In this document: piece after piece, positions 1-11,900 of the stretch | Layout of the letters: the number at the start of each line of letters is the position of its first letter | Numbering within the stretch: the first letter of the stretch is position 1 | NCBI GenBank assembly: GCA_040357565.1 | Contig: JBDODJ010000124.1 | Strand: one strand, 5' to 3' | Source: Cercozoa sp. M6MM | Lineage: Eukaryota; Protista; Endomyxa: Ascetosporea | DNA: 33,185 bases | Notes under the pieces: generated by a model | Told to the model about the DNA's origin: nothing | Database searches by the model: none | What the model saw: the letters and a program-made list of their open reading frames with translations, nothing else | Translations under genes and position numbers: made by a program

Positions 1-2028
1 GGGGGGGGGGGGTAGGGATAGGGGTGGGTTGGGGTGGGTTGGGGTGGGTAGGGGTGGGGTAGGAGTGGGAGTAAGGCTAAGGGCCAGAGACTACCTGCAC
101 GAGCAGGAACCACAGCAGGAAGGACAGCGCGGCGACGGCGACGACGAAGGGCACAAAGACCGAGGCCACGCGGTCGGCAAAGTCCTGAATGGGCGCCTTG
201 CTGCCCTGCGCGTGTTCCACCAGTCGCACCACCTGCGACAAGGCCGAGTCGCCGCCGACGCGCGTGGCACGCACCCACAGCGTCTCGCTCGCGTTGCTCG
301 TGGCCGCCAGTACCGCGTCGCCTGGCGCCTTGTGCACCGGCCTTGACTCTCCTGTCATCACGGCCTACGGGAGGGGGGTAGGGGTAGAGTAGGGGTAGAG
401 TAGGGGTAGGGTAGGACTAGGGTAGGGGTAGAGTAGGGGTAGAGTAGGACTAGGGTAGGGTAGGGTAGGCGTAGGCTAGGGGTAGGGGGTAGGGTAGACC
501 CCAAGGGGCAAAGGCAGTCCTACCTCATTGACGGCCGACTCGCCGCGCACCACGACGCCGTCCACCGGCAGCGTCTCACCGCGCAGCACCTTGACCACGT
601 CGCCCACCTGTACACACAGGGTAGGGGTAGGGTGAAGGGTAGGGGTAGAGGGTAGGGTAGGGGGTAGGAAGTAGGGGGTAGGGGTAGGGGTAGGGGGTAG
701 AGGGTAGGAGGTAGAGGGTAGAGGGGGTGGGGTAGGGGTAGGGGTAGGAGGTAGGGGTAGGGGTAGAGGGTAGGAGGTAGGGGGTAGGGGTCCCTAGGGG
801 GTAGGAGTAGGGGTAGAAGGTAGAGGGTAGGAGGTAGGGGTAGAGGGTAGGAGGTAGGGGGGTAGGGGTAGGGGCTAGGGGTAGGGAACCTGCAACAGGG
901 CCGTCTCGACGCTGCGTTCGGTGAGCGCGGTTTCGTCGACGAGTCGCGCGTGTTTCGGCTGCAGTGCCACCAGCTGCGTCACGGCCTGCGAGGTGCGTCC
1001 CTTGGCTACGCTCTGTGCACACACACAGAGTGGTACACTGTTGCACGTGTGTGGGGACACATTAAGGCCCGGCTACCTGTAGCCACTTGCCCAGCACCAC
1101 AAAGGTCAGCAGTGTCGTCGCCGTCTCAAAGAAGTGCGTCGTCGACATGTCCATGTGTCGCTGCTCGTCGAACGGCGTGGCCACGGCGCGCACCACGGCC
1201 AGCAGCGCGTACGCGTAGGCGCACGTCGTGCCCAGCGCCACCAGCAGCGACATGTTGTAGTTGCGCGGCCGCGCGCGCAGACCCTTCAGCGCCGCCTGCT
1301 CGGTCGGGGTGGGTGGTAGGGTAGACGGGTTGGTGTAGGGGTGGTAGGGTAGGGTAGGGTAGGGTTGGGTAGGGTAGGGTAGGGTAAGGTAGGGTAAGGT
1401 AGGGTAAGGTAGGGTAGGGTAGGGTAGAGTAGGGTAGAGTAGGGTTGGGTAGGGGTAGGGTAAGGTAGGGTAGAGTAGGGTAGGGTAAGGTAGGGTAGGG
1501 TAGGGTTGGGTAGAGTAGGGTAGGGTAGGGTAGGGTAGGGTAGGGTAGGGTAGGGTAGAGTAAGAGTAGGGATAGGGTAAAGGTAGAAGGATAGGTTTAG
1601 GGTTATGGGGTAGGGACGGAGCAGGGGGAGGGCAAGCTACCATGTAGAAGGGCGCGCCCACAAAGGTCTGCACCGGCGTGGCCAGCACGAACAGCAGCGC
1701 GTCCATCACACTCAGCGAGCCCAGCACCGGCTGCATCAGCACGTCGTGGTGCAGCCACGACACGTGCGACAGCACCATCGTCAGCAAGAACACCGGCACC
1801 GCAAACACCAGGGCAAACTGCGCGGGGGAGGGGTAAGGGTAGATGGTAGGGGGTAGGGTAGGGGTAGGGGTAGGGTAGAGGTAGTAGGGGTAGGGTAGAG
1901 GTAGTGTAGGGGTGGTAGGGTAGGGGTAGGGTAGGGGTAGGGTAGGAGTGGTAGGGTAGAGGTGGGGTGGTAGGGTAGGGGTAGGGTAGAGGTAGGGTAG
2001 GGGTGGTAGGGTAGGGGTAGGGCTAGGG
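1..2028. repeat. Five intronic (GGGTA)/(GGGGTA)-type G-rich arrays: about 1-85, 370-497, 618-886, 1307-1615, 1824-2028
   Basis: Directly visible. Each array lies between the GT and AG of an ATP7 intron. Confidence 0.95.
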
Positions 2029-3866
2029 AGGCACCTTGAGCAAGCGACGCCACTTGGCAGCCTCCCGAGTGGCAGCGGCGGCGGCAGCACTCAGAGCATC
2101 TCGCTCCAGCACCTGCCAGTGCCAGCCGCCGACAGAAGAAGCAGAGGCCGCAGAGGCACCGTCCTGCGTGTGCCGCATCAGCGCCTCCTGAATGTCGCGC
2201 ACACCGGCCTGCGACGCCGCCGACGTGTACCGCACCGAGCACACCAGTGTGTCGTCGCGTCGCACCGTCATGCGCACCGACTGCACGCCTGCCTACTCTC
2301 ACCAGGGGGTACACAGGGTACACAGGGTACACAAGGTACACAGGGTACACAGGGTACACAGGGTACAGGAGGACGGGTACACAGGGTACACAAGGTACAG
2401 AGATACGAGGGGCTTCAACATACCAAAGCAGCAACCTCCTGCCGACCGGCGTCCTCGTGGAAAACGTCGTGTCGACTCAGGTTGCTTTCTGCGCCAGCAC
2501 AGCAGAGGGCTAGAGGGGAGGGGAGGGAACGGAAGAAGGAAGGAAGGAAGAAAGGAAGAAGGAAGGAAGGAAGGAAGGAAGGAAGGAAGGAAGGAAGGAA
2601 GGAANNNNNNNNNNAAGGAAGGAAGGAAGGAAGGAAGGAAGGAAGGAAGGAAGGAAGGAAGAAGGATGGATGGAAGGAAGGAAGGAAGGAAGAAGGATGG
2701 AAGGAAGGAAGAAAGAAAGGAACAAACGCACTGTCGTCAGAAGTCTGCAGCAGCTGGAAGTCGACGTGCCGCACATCCTCGGAAGCGCCCTGACCGTCGG
2801 CGGCCTGCTCCACCGGATCCAACTGCAGCAGCACGGCGCCGAAACCAGCGTCCTCGACAGTCTCCGTCAGCGCCTGGGCGCTCTCCTTCGCCTGTGCTTC
2901 CTGCCGGTCCAGACAGACAAACTAGTACAGTACAGACTAGTTCAGTACAGACTAGTACAGTCAGACTAGTACAGTACAGTACACACAGACAGTACACACA
3001 GACAGTACAGTACAGTACAGACAGTACAGTACACAGACAGTACAGTACAGACAGACAGAACAGTACACACAGACCAGTACACACTGAGTTATACAACGCC
3101 CCCTTTGAACAACACGAGGAGGCACCTCTGCTCGGAAGGCGACTTCGGCACGGTGCAGCAGCAGCGACACCTCGACAAACTCGACGCCCGGCGTCATCTG
3201 ACACAAGCCAAGGTAACACAGGTGCAGGATCAAGTACCGGCACCATGGGAGGTACCCGGAGCATGTTCTCGACAGTGCCGACACAGGAGGCGCAGGTCAT
3301 GCCTTCCACCTCGATCGTCGCCTTCCACACGTCGTTTTCCTTCTGGCTCGCTTCCTGATCGATCTCGCCGGTTTCGTCCTGCCAAACAAGAGACGTGAGT
3401 AGGAGTGTGCGTGTGTGCAAGGGTGTGAGCAACGATCCAGGCAAAACACAAGCAGCACAAAAGCAACAAGAAGCAAGAAAGGCGGGCGTACCAGAGATTC
3501 CACCGAGAGGTCCTTGTCCTCTTGCACCGAGGCTTCGAAACCCACGTCTTCGATCTCATCCGCGAGTTTCTCAGCCGTGTGTAGCGACGAGTCGTACCTG
3601 TAGCACACACCACCCGAAATGCTTCTGCAGCTCGAGCTGAGACAAAGCTGAACTACTCCAAAGTCGCCTGGTGCATCAGCAGCGACACATTGACATCTCG
3701 CACGCCCTCGAGGGCCTGCAAAGCGCCTGCGCACACCAACAAAAGCATTGCATCCAAACGAAACTAGCTCTGAGCGGAGCAGCAGTTTACCTGTAACTGA
3801 GCTTGAGCAGGAGGAGCAGGTCATGCCGCCCACCTGCAGCACGGCACGGCGCCACATCTTTGTCAT
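95..3866 (-). CDS. ATP7: Copper-transporting P1B-type ATPase (ATP7A/B, CCC2, CopA-like); multi-exon, 3' part beyond the left edge
   Basis: Splicing at GT-AG sites gives HMA1 (GMTCSSC...EIEDVGFEA), HMA2 (GMTCASC...VEDAGFGA) and a degenerate third HMA. The TM region has LATPVQTFVGAPFY, NMSLLVALGTTCAY, FFETATTLLTFVVLGKWL and AKGRTSQA. The actuator domain has VGDVVKVLRGETLPVDG and NEAVMTGESRPVHK, followed by AQGSKAPIQDFADRVASVFVP. The CPC and DKTGT motifs lie outside the window. Confidence 0.95.
2307..2400. repeat. Intronic 9-bp minisatellite (GGGTACACA)n, about 9 copies
   Basis: Directly visible tandem copies in an ATP7 intron. Confidence 0.95.
2531..2722. repeat. Intronic (GGAA)n microsatellite spanning an assembly gap (N 2605-2614)
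   Basis: Directly visible. Confidence 0.95.
2911..3084. repeat. Intronic composite (CAGTA)/(CAGA)/(CA) repeat
   Basis: Directly visible. Confidence 0.9.
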
Positions 3867-4529
3867 AAAAGTCCTGAATATAGCAAAAAGAGACTTAAGT
3901 GTTAAGTTTCTCGACAGATAAGAACAATCCAGTTCATCATCAGCGAATAAATGTGATCATCATCACACACCGTTTAAATAAAAAATGAGAGAATCGTCCA
4001 CCCCCAAAAAAAATCCACATCATCGACAACATGAGAAAGATCAATTGAAACGCGTAGATCGGTGTACCAGTTGCCTGTTATAGCACTGTTTTATGCCACT
4101 GCGACCTCGTTCTCCCAAAAAAGGCGGTTCTTCGGCCGCCAAGGAACAGAATAAATACACCTGCACGCGGTGTTTCACGCGTGTTGGCAGTGTGTCACGT
4201 TAAGCACACGTGCTGTGATATGGCTCAAGGTCAGAAACGACGCGGTGGTGGCTATGTTGTGAAACGGTGTGACGACATTTTTTTAAAAATAGTTCTGATC
4301 CCGAATCCGGTACGTCGTCGGGGCAATGACGAGCTCATACCCACCCGTTTTGAAATCTAAAAACATCTGTTGGAAGTGGTGTTTTCTTGTTTAGATTAGC
4401 CTTCCTCTGTCTGGAATAGGGGTCCATTGGGTTTTTCGCAGCGTCGGCAGGCAGCTGCAGACGCGAGCGACACCCAGCGCGCAGCATAGAACAGATCTTT
4501 GCAAACACGAAAAAAGCCCAAACTATAAT
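3867..4529. promoter_or_regulatory. Probable bidirectional promoter between ATP7 and SLC26
   Basis: Head-to-head start codons about 660 bp apart. The interval is more AT-rich than the flanking exons and free of simple repeats. Confidence 0.5.
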
Positions 4530-4913
4530 ATGCCGAGCACCGCGCAGTTTATCGATGAGTTGTACGCTCGTTTAGTCCTCTAAAAGTGCAGAGTTGCACC
4601 GCACGATGTTTTCCTGGGTGTAGGGAACCGCGTGATGTGCCGCAACTCACACTACGACAACGATGGCATCAGTTTGTACCTTGTGTGTGCGCGTCGAGCG
4701 GCAGAACTGACAGGCTTGCTGACTTGTGCGCAGAAGGAGGGCCTGCACCGTCCGTCACTCGACGCCGTGTCACCAGTGCTGTCGACTCTTTTTGAGAAAC
4801 GTGAGTACTCCAAGGCGGCCCTTATGGACGACATTGCGGCAGGCCTCACGGTAGCTACGACTATCTCAATCTCTATTGCCATATATCTATCTATTGTTCT
4901 GTCTATCTGTCTA

Positions 4914-5012
<99 letters not shown>

Positions 5013-5022
5013 NNNNNNNNNN

Positions 5023-5075
<53 letters not shown>

Positions 5076-8000
5076 ATCTGTCTTAATGTCTATCTGTCCG
5101 TACAACCTAATATCTATATATATATATATATATAAATAAATATTTTAATAAATAAATATATTTATTTATTTATTTATTTTAAGTATTTTTTAATGTCTGA
5201 TAATGTATGTATTGACAGGTGGGAGTGCTGCTAGTGCCGCAGTCGCTGGCCTACGCGCAGCTGGCCGACGTGCCGCCAATCCTGGGCATGTACGCCAGCG
5301 GCTTCCCGATCATTGTGTACGCGCTGCTGTGCCACTCGCGCGTCTCGCAGTCGGGTACCGCTTTGTCCCTGTCCTGCGCCGTGCCTTCCTGTCGATATCG
5401 ATATGCCTTCCTGTCGATATTGGTGTATCTGTGTGTGTGTGTATGTGTGTGTGTATGTGTGTGTATGTGTGTGTGTGTGTATGTGTGTGTATGTGTGTGT
5501 ATGTGTGTGTGTGTATGTGTGTGTGTATGTGTGTACAGGCCCGGTGGCGCCGACGTCGCTCATGATCGCAGGTGCCATGTCGTCGCTCCTGACGGTGGAG
5601 GACGAGGACTCGCCCGAGGCCGAGACCGAGCGCACCAAGGTGGCCGCCACGGTCGCCTTCGCCACCGGTCTCATCCAGCTGTGCCTCGGCATGCTCAAAC
5701 TCGGCACTGTGGCCGCGCGACTCATGTCCTCGCCTGCCATGAATGGTATGTGTGTCTATCTATGTGTCTGTTGTCTGTGTGTCTGTGTGTCTGTGTGTGT
5801 CTGTGTATGTATGTATGTATGTGTGTATTCTTACCCCTTACCCCTACCCTCCCTCGAGCAGGTTTCACAACGGGCGCGGCCTGCGTGATTGCGAGCTCGC
5901 AGTTGAAGTACCTCTTTGGTCTCAAGGATGTCAAGAAGGGCAGCAACTTCTTCGACACTGTGGTATGTACCCCGACCCCCCCCCCCCCCGTCCTACCCTC
6001 TTAGTCCCTCCCTCCCCCTGCAGTACCAAGTGTGTAAGCGACTGGGCGATACCAACGGGTGGACGGTGCTTCTGTCGGTGTTGGCTATCGCAGCCTTGTT
6101 GTCGGTCAAGTACGCGCCGCTGAAGCACAAGGTGCCGGCGTGGTTCCCGGTGCCGCTGCTGCTCATCGTGATTTACATCCTGCTGGCCTGGCTCCTCAAT
6201 CTCGAGGATCACGGCGTCATTCTTGTCGGCGATATCCCTGTACTCTGCCTTTCCCTTTATTCCCTGACCATCTGAGCCCCTCATACCCGCGACCCTCTGA
6301 CCTCCTTTACCCCAGAGCGGTCTGCCGACGCCGGCGATGCCGGAACTCGGCAATCTGGGCGAGGCACTCGTGGCCTCGATTCCGCTGGCCATTGCGTCCT
6401 TCCTGTCCTCTGGTAGGCCCCCTCCCTTGGCTCTTTGTGACGTCCACTTGTACCGTTTGTGTCCGTAGCCGGCCTGCTGCAGGCGTTCGCGTCGCAACGC
6501 GGCGAGACGCTCCGCGCGGACACGGAACTGCGCGCCTACGGCGTGTGCCAGCTCGCCGAGAGCGTCTTTGGCGGTCTCGTTGTGTCGGCCTCCTTCTCGC
6601 GGTGTGTGGCTGTTTCTTTGCCCCCCCCCTCCGTCCCTCCCTCCCTCTCTCTGTTTGTTATCCCCATTGCCGTCTCTTTATCCCTTCTAAGCGCAGAGTG
6701 GCACTCAACAATGAGATGCGTGCGCGAACGCAAGTGGCGCAGATGGTACCGTGTCGGTGTGTACTGTATGTACCCTATGGGGAGAGAGAGAGAGGGAAGG
6801 GAGAAAGAGAGAGAGAGAGAGAGTGTGTGTGTGTGTGTGTGTGTAGGTGACGGGCACGCTGATCGTGATCGTGCTGGTGTCGCTGACGGGCGTGTTCTCG
6901 CAGCTGCCGAATGCGCTGCTGGGCGCCATGATCGTCGTCAGCGTGCGCAAACTCTTCGACTACCGCACGCCGCGCGTGCTGTGGCGGCGCGCGCACTACG
7001 CCGACCTGGTGCAGCTGTTCGGCGCCATGATCGCCACCGTCTCCTTCAGCATCGAAGTCGGCGTTATGGTACCTTTATGAGGCATACAGAAGGGGGTACA
7101 TCACACGTACATATATATGTCCATGCTATGTATTTATATATATATATATATGTGTGTGTGTAGACTGCCGTAGGTCTCGGCATGCTGCAACTGCTGATGC
7201 GTGGTGCGAAACTCGGTACCGCCTGTGTTACCCTGGCCTATCCTGCCCTCCCTTGCCTTGCCTACCTATCCTACCCTTCCTTGCCTTACCTTACCTTACC
7301 CTATCCTATCCTGCCTTGCCCTATCCCATCCTGCCTTGCCCTATCCCATCCTGCCTTGCCCTATCCCATTCTGCCTTGTCCTATCCTATCCTGCCTTGCC
7401 CTACTCTAGCCGTATTGGTCTTTCTACAGAAGTGACCGAGTTGGCACACATTGACGACACGTGGCTGTCCAAGAAAGAGTTCCCTCTGGCCTGCAGGTAG
7501 GCTAGACTCTGGCCTTTTGTCCCAGCTCGTTCCATATTCCTCCTGAGTTAGGGTGCCGAAAGTGATGGTGGTACGTCTGTCCGGCGACGCGCACTTTGCC
7601 GGTAGACCTGTTGTTTGACACGGTAATATCCAAGGTATGTGCGGCGAGGTTGCAGGTGCCGCACCTGCACTAACGCAACTGTGCGAGATGATCAAGGCTC
7701 GTTCCGAACTGCGCGCGATCGTAGCATTTGCTTGTGTGTGCATGTGTGTGCGTGTGTGTGTGTGCTTGTGTATGGTTTATATGTGTGCACGGTGTGCTTG
7801 TGTGTGTGTGTTTATGTCGGTGGTGTGCGTGTGTCGGTGTGTCAGGTGCTCGACTGGTCGCGTGTGACGTTTGTCGATTTTTCCTTCCTGCAGCGCCTGG
7901 CGCCAATCCTTGAGGTACCCCTGAAACCCCACGCGGAGCACAAAGAGTACCAGTAGAGACAAAATCTTGACGTCTGACATGTGCACAGAATGCACACACA

Positions 8001-8691
8001 CGCCACATTGCTGTCTGCTTTGCGTCGGTCAATGGTACGTCTTTCGTCTGGTGGCTTTGTATCGATGCACTGCCCCTTCCCGAGTAGAGCCGGTGCGGCA
8101 TCGATTGCAACTGGCGGCCGAGTTGTTCGCCTGTGTATGTCCGCGCGGACGTTTGCAACACGGCACGCCTGGCGAGACTGGTGATATGCTTCCGTATGTG
8201 TTCATTGCGTGTGGTAAAGATGAACGCATTACTCGCACACGTGCAGACACCTGCGAACGCGTTGTCGAAATGGAGGAGCCCGAACCCGGCGAAAGCGATA
8301 TCGAAGTGGACATTCCGGCGCCCTACGAGTACGCCGATGAGCCAGCCAGTGCCGAGGAAGCCACGCCGCCGCATGGCTTGCTGCGTTTCTTTCGCGACGT
8401 ACCGGCCGCCGTTCATTTCTGTGTCAGCCGCGGCTTCACCTGCGGTATGTTCGTGTTTGTATGTGCGAGTTCCTCCGGGTGTCTGTCTGTTTTTTTTTTG
8501 TCTGAGTGTCTGTGTGTCTGTGTGAAGTCTCTGATACTGTGCTGTCTGCAGTTTTTGATGAAGACGAAGACAATGAGAGTGACAACAGCAGCCGACATGT
8601 CGAGATGTCGCTTCTGGACGACTCGCGCACGCCTGTCAGCAACAGCAAGCGTGCCAAAGCCACCAGTGTCGACCTCGACGATGAGGACTGA
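4530..8691 (+). CDS. SLC26: SLC26/SulP-family anion transporter with C-terminal STAS domain; about 20 exons
   Basis: The spliced product contains DDIAAGLT|[74 protein letters not shown] and [14 protein letters not shown], plus the STAS motif [14 protein letters not shown] 4530 is predicted; stop is TGA 8689-8691. Confidence 0.93.
4880..5180. repeat. Intronic compound microsatellite TCTA-TCTG-TC-TA-TTTA, gap N 5013-5022
   Basis: Directly visible in an SLC26 intron. Confidence 0.95.
5430..5533. repeat. Intronic (GT)n/(GTAT) repeat; similar tracts at about 5748-5826 and 7733-7840
   Basis: Directly visible. Confidence 0.9.
6781..6844. repeat. Intronic (GA)n then (GT)n compound repeat
   Basis: Directly visible. 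Confidence 0.9.
7236..7405. repeat. Intronic CC-pentamer repeat with a 20-bp higher-order unit (CCTATCCCATCCTGCCTTGC)
   Basis: Several near-identical 20-mers built from CCTAT, CCCAT, CCTG and CCTTG units. Confidence 0.88.
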
Positions 8692-8953
8692 TACTGATAT
8701 TAAACCACGCGCACTGCGCATCATGGCATGCATCGCATCGATATTAACGCTAATGCGAATGACATGTCTAACATAAAGGATTGCGTTGCGTCTGGTCCGT
8801 CGCTTATCGCATGCCTTCGGCTGCCGGCCACTTTCAATGCTACCGTACGACGACCATTTAGATTGCCCCGGCTTGCGTCGATCCCGACGTGGTCATACAT
8901 CGTCGCGTGACAAACAAAGTCGCCTGCGAGGGGGCGACGGAGGGGCTGATGCG

Positions 8954-11900
8954 TCAACATCGGTAGACTCGCACGACCTCTTCAATGCGCGAGCGGCACA
9001 TCGGGCACTTTTCCAGCATTGTCGAGCACTCCATGCACACGATCATATGCCCACAACTACTCACGACACACGTGCCACACATTCATCAAAAATGATGTTT
9101 GAGCCGCACCGCAAAAGCACGCAATCCATGATCGAGGTGAAGCAGATCTTGCACACTTCCGAGGTTGGACGGCGTATCCGCGTCGATGGCGCCGAGTCGG
9201 AAACCTCGCCGCCTGCCACTGTCAGCAGCAAGTTGCACACCATTCGTTGACCCAAGAAAAAGCCCTCTCAAGAGAGGGATGACAAAGGGAGCGGACTACC
9301 TTTCGCGAGCAGTGCGCGGCGTTCGTGGTCGAGTCCATCGCTGGTGAGCTCGGTGTCGGCCTCCTCCTCGCTGCTGCCATTGTTGGCGTCGCTGTGATGT
9401 CCATCAGCGGCGGCGGCAGAGTCGGCTAGCTGCGGCGACGGCGGTTGACTCGTCTCGCGGCCCAGCACTGCGCTGCCGTGCGCTGCGTTGCGCTCCTCGC
9501 CCAAGTGTCGGCCACCGGCGTTGCCACCGGCGCTGCCGCTGCAGCTGCTCCTGCTGCGTCGGCGCTGTTGCTGCTGCTGCGACCGCTGCTTCTGCCGCTG
9601 CTTCTTGCGCAGCACGAGTGTGTCCAGCTTCGATTTGAGTCGCGCGATTTGCGCTATTATTTCCTCCTCTGTGTCGGGAATACTGTCTAGCTGCACGCGC
9701 TCGGTCTGCCACGACAGCGTCGTCGCCGCTGGCAGCGCCGACATCGACGCGCCTGCCTGCGACGACGCTCGCACCACCGACGTTCGCACGCCCACCGAGC
9801 GTTCCGGCGGCGACGGCGCTTGTTGTTGCTGCTGCTGCTGCTCGGACGACGTCGAAGGTCCAAGTCCACTGCCTGACTCGAACGGCTGCGCCACTAGCTC
9901 CGGCTCGAACTGCCGCGTCGCCAACATGCGCGACGGGATCAATCGCGTCTCGGTCTGCGAGACACGTCGGCCATTGTCCCACACCTCCTCATACGTACAC
10001 TGCGGCTGCATCGTCGTCAGGATACCCGGCCCATGCTTCTTGCCGAGACGCCAGTTGCCTACACTCACACATTTCAACCAACTCTATAAAGAACCCCACC
10101 CCCAGTTTGACTCAGCTCAGGCACCCTTGAACACATTGCCGTTTCGGTAATAGTACGTGCCGGCACCGTGCTGAGCTCCATTGGCCCAGAAGCCTTCGTA
10201 GCGATCGCCGGTAAGTCGCTGTCCAACCACCACAGCACAATGGTATTTTAATACGTAAGAACACTCGCTCTTTCTCCGCAAGGTCTACCCATTTGTAGAC
10301 GCCAAAGCCTGCGAAGCCAACACGATTTACTTGCTTCAGAGAAACAGAGAGACGGGAGGGTGTCTACCATGCCGCCGGTCGTTCAGGTACTGTCCGACGT
10401 GCGAGTCGCCGCAGGCAAAGTCCTTGCGGCCAAAGCCATGTGCCTTGTCGGCACGCCACTCACCAGTGTACTTGTCGCCATTTGCCATCACCTTGGTGCC
10501 CTGGCCTTGCCTGTTTCGAGGCCACACAAACAGTATGCGGGCTGACAGACTGAGGACCGACGCTCACAAAATGTAAAAGGTGCGCTACATGTTGCCGTTG
10601 GCCCAGTGGCCTTCGAATACGTCGCCTGTGGACCACGGAAGCAAAGCTTACAAGCACACTAAATTAAACACACGCGCGGAATCTACCATTGCTCCAGCGG
10701 TAGACACCGTAGCCGTGCCTGCAACACAGCTACTCACCACAGAAACACAATGGGGAGAGCGAGAGAGAAACACACCTCCGGTCAGCCACGTACTCGCCTT
10801 CGTGCTGATCGCCGCACGCAAAGGTTTTCTTGCCGCGGCCGTGCGCCTTGTCCTCGAACCAGCAGCCAAAGTACTCGTCGCCATTGTGCATGCGTTTCAG
10901 TCCGGTGCCGTGCATCATGCCATCTCGCCATTCGCCCTTGTACACGTCGCTACCGGGGTTATCCTCCAATCTCCACAACACAGATCACACACAGACCGCT
11001 GTAGGGTGATAGTACCCATTGGCCCATCTGTAGACGCCAAAGCCGTGCCGTTTGTCGTTCTTGTAGTCACCTTCGTGCCTGCGTGTCCATCACAGGAATA
11101 CATATATAACACACACAGAGACCGGAGCGCCAACACACACGTCGCCGTTGGCGAACCGCTTAACACCGTATCCTTCTGCCCTGTCAAAGAGCCATTCGCC
11201 TTCAAACACAGATCAGCAGGAAGTGAATAAAGAATCATCCAAGAAACAACAACACACCTTCGTAGACGTCGCCGTGCGCCATGTGCTTGATGCCATTGCC
11301 GTGCATGTGACCGTTGCGCCACTCGCCGTCGTACTTGTCTGCAGCATGGACTCGTGCATTGAGCCGCGCAAACACACACTGCCAGATAGCTTTCGCGAAG
11401 AACTCACCTCCATTCGCCCAGATAAAGACACCTCGGCCATGCTGCACGTGCACAGAGACTCAGCCCGTGCAAAGAAAAAGGAATAATGTACTATTCTGCC
11501 GGCCTTCCATTCGCCAGTGTAGGAATCGCCACTAGCCCAGCGGTAGATGCCTTTGCCTTCGCGGTTGTTGGCACGATATTCGCCCTCGTGCCTGCACAGA
11601 AGCCGGGTCAAGTTACCTTCACTCTGCAAACAAGACAGAAACTACATGTCGCCATTCGCGAATACTTTCACGCCGTGCCCTGCAACATACGACATTAAGA
11701 AAAAGGGGAAACCAAACCTTCCAGTCAAGAGAGGCAAAGGAACCGTGCGCTTTGTCATCTTTCCACATGCCGGTATACCTATCGCCATTCGCATCTGTTT
11801 GAACACCTTGCCCGTCTCGTGTTTCTGCACAAGTAGCAAGATACCTTGTTCGACAAAGGAAATAAAGTACTTGAAAGCATTGCACCTCCAACGATGTCAC

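Noticed and set aside
1-90. True chromosome end/telomere at the window start
   Set aside because: The tract follows a GT donor inside ATP7, whose essential C-terminal half must lie further left. A left chromosome end would also show the C-rich strand on +.
2307-3084. GTAC-rich intron repeats as copper-response elements; TGCACGC near 4162 as a metal-response element
   Set aside because: CuRE/GTAC is read by green-lineage SBP factors and MRE by animal MTF-1, and there is no evidence for either here. GTAC repeats also occur in an unrelated gene (about 13670-13700), and such short motifs arise by chance.
576-3358. Long ORFs rich in PYPTL, GRKE, VCVC or SLSL (also at 4632-5888 and 13074-13884)
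   Set aside because: They are translations of stop-free intronic microsatellites. Only the embedded exon segments are coding.
7236-7405. CRISPR-like array (also 2307-2400)
   Set aside because: These are direct tandem units with no unique spacers, in eukaryotic introns, with no cas genes nearby.
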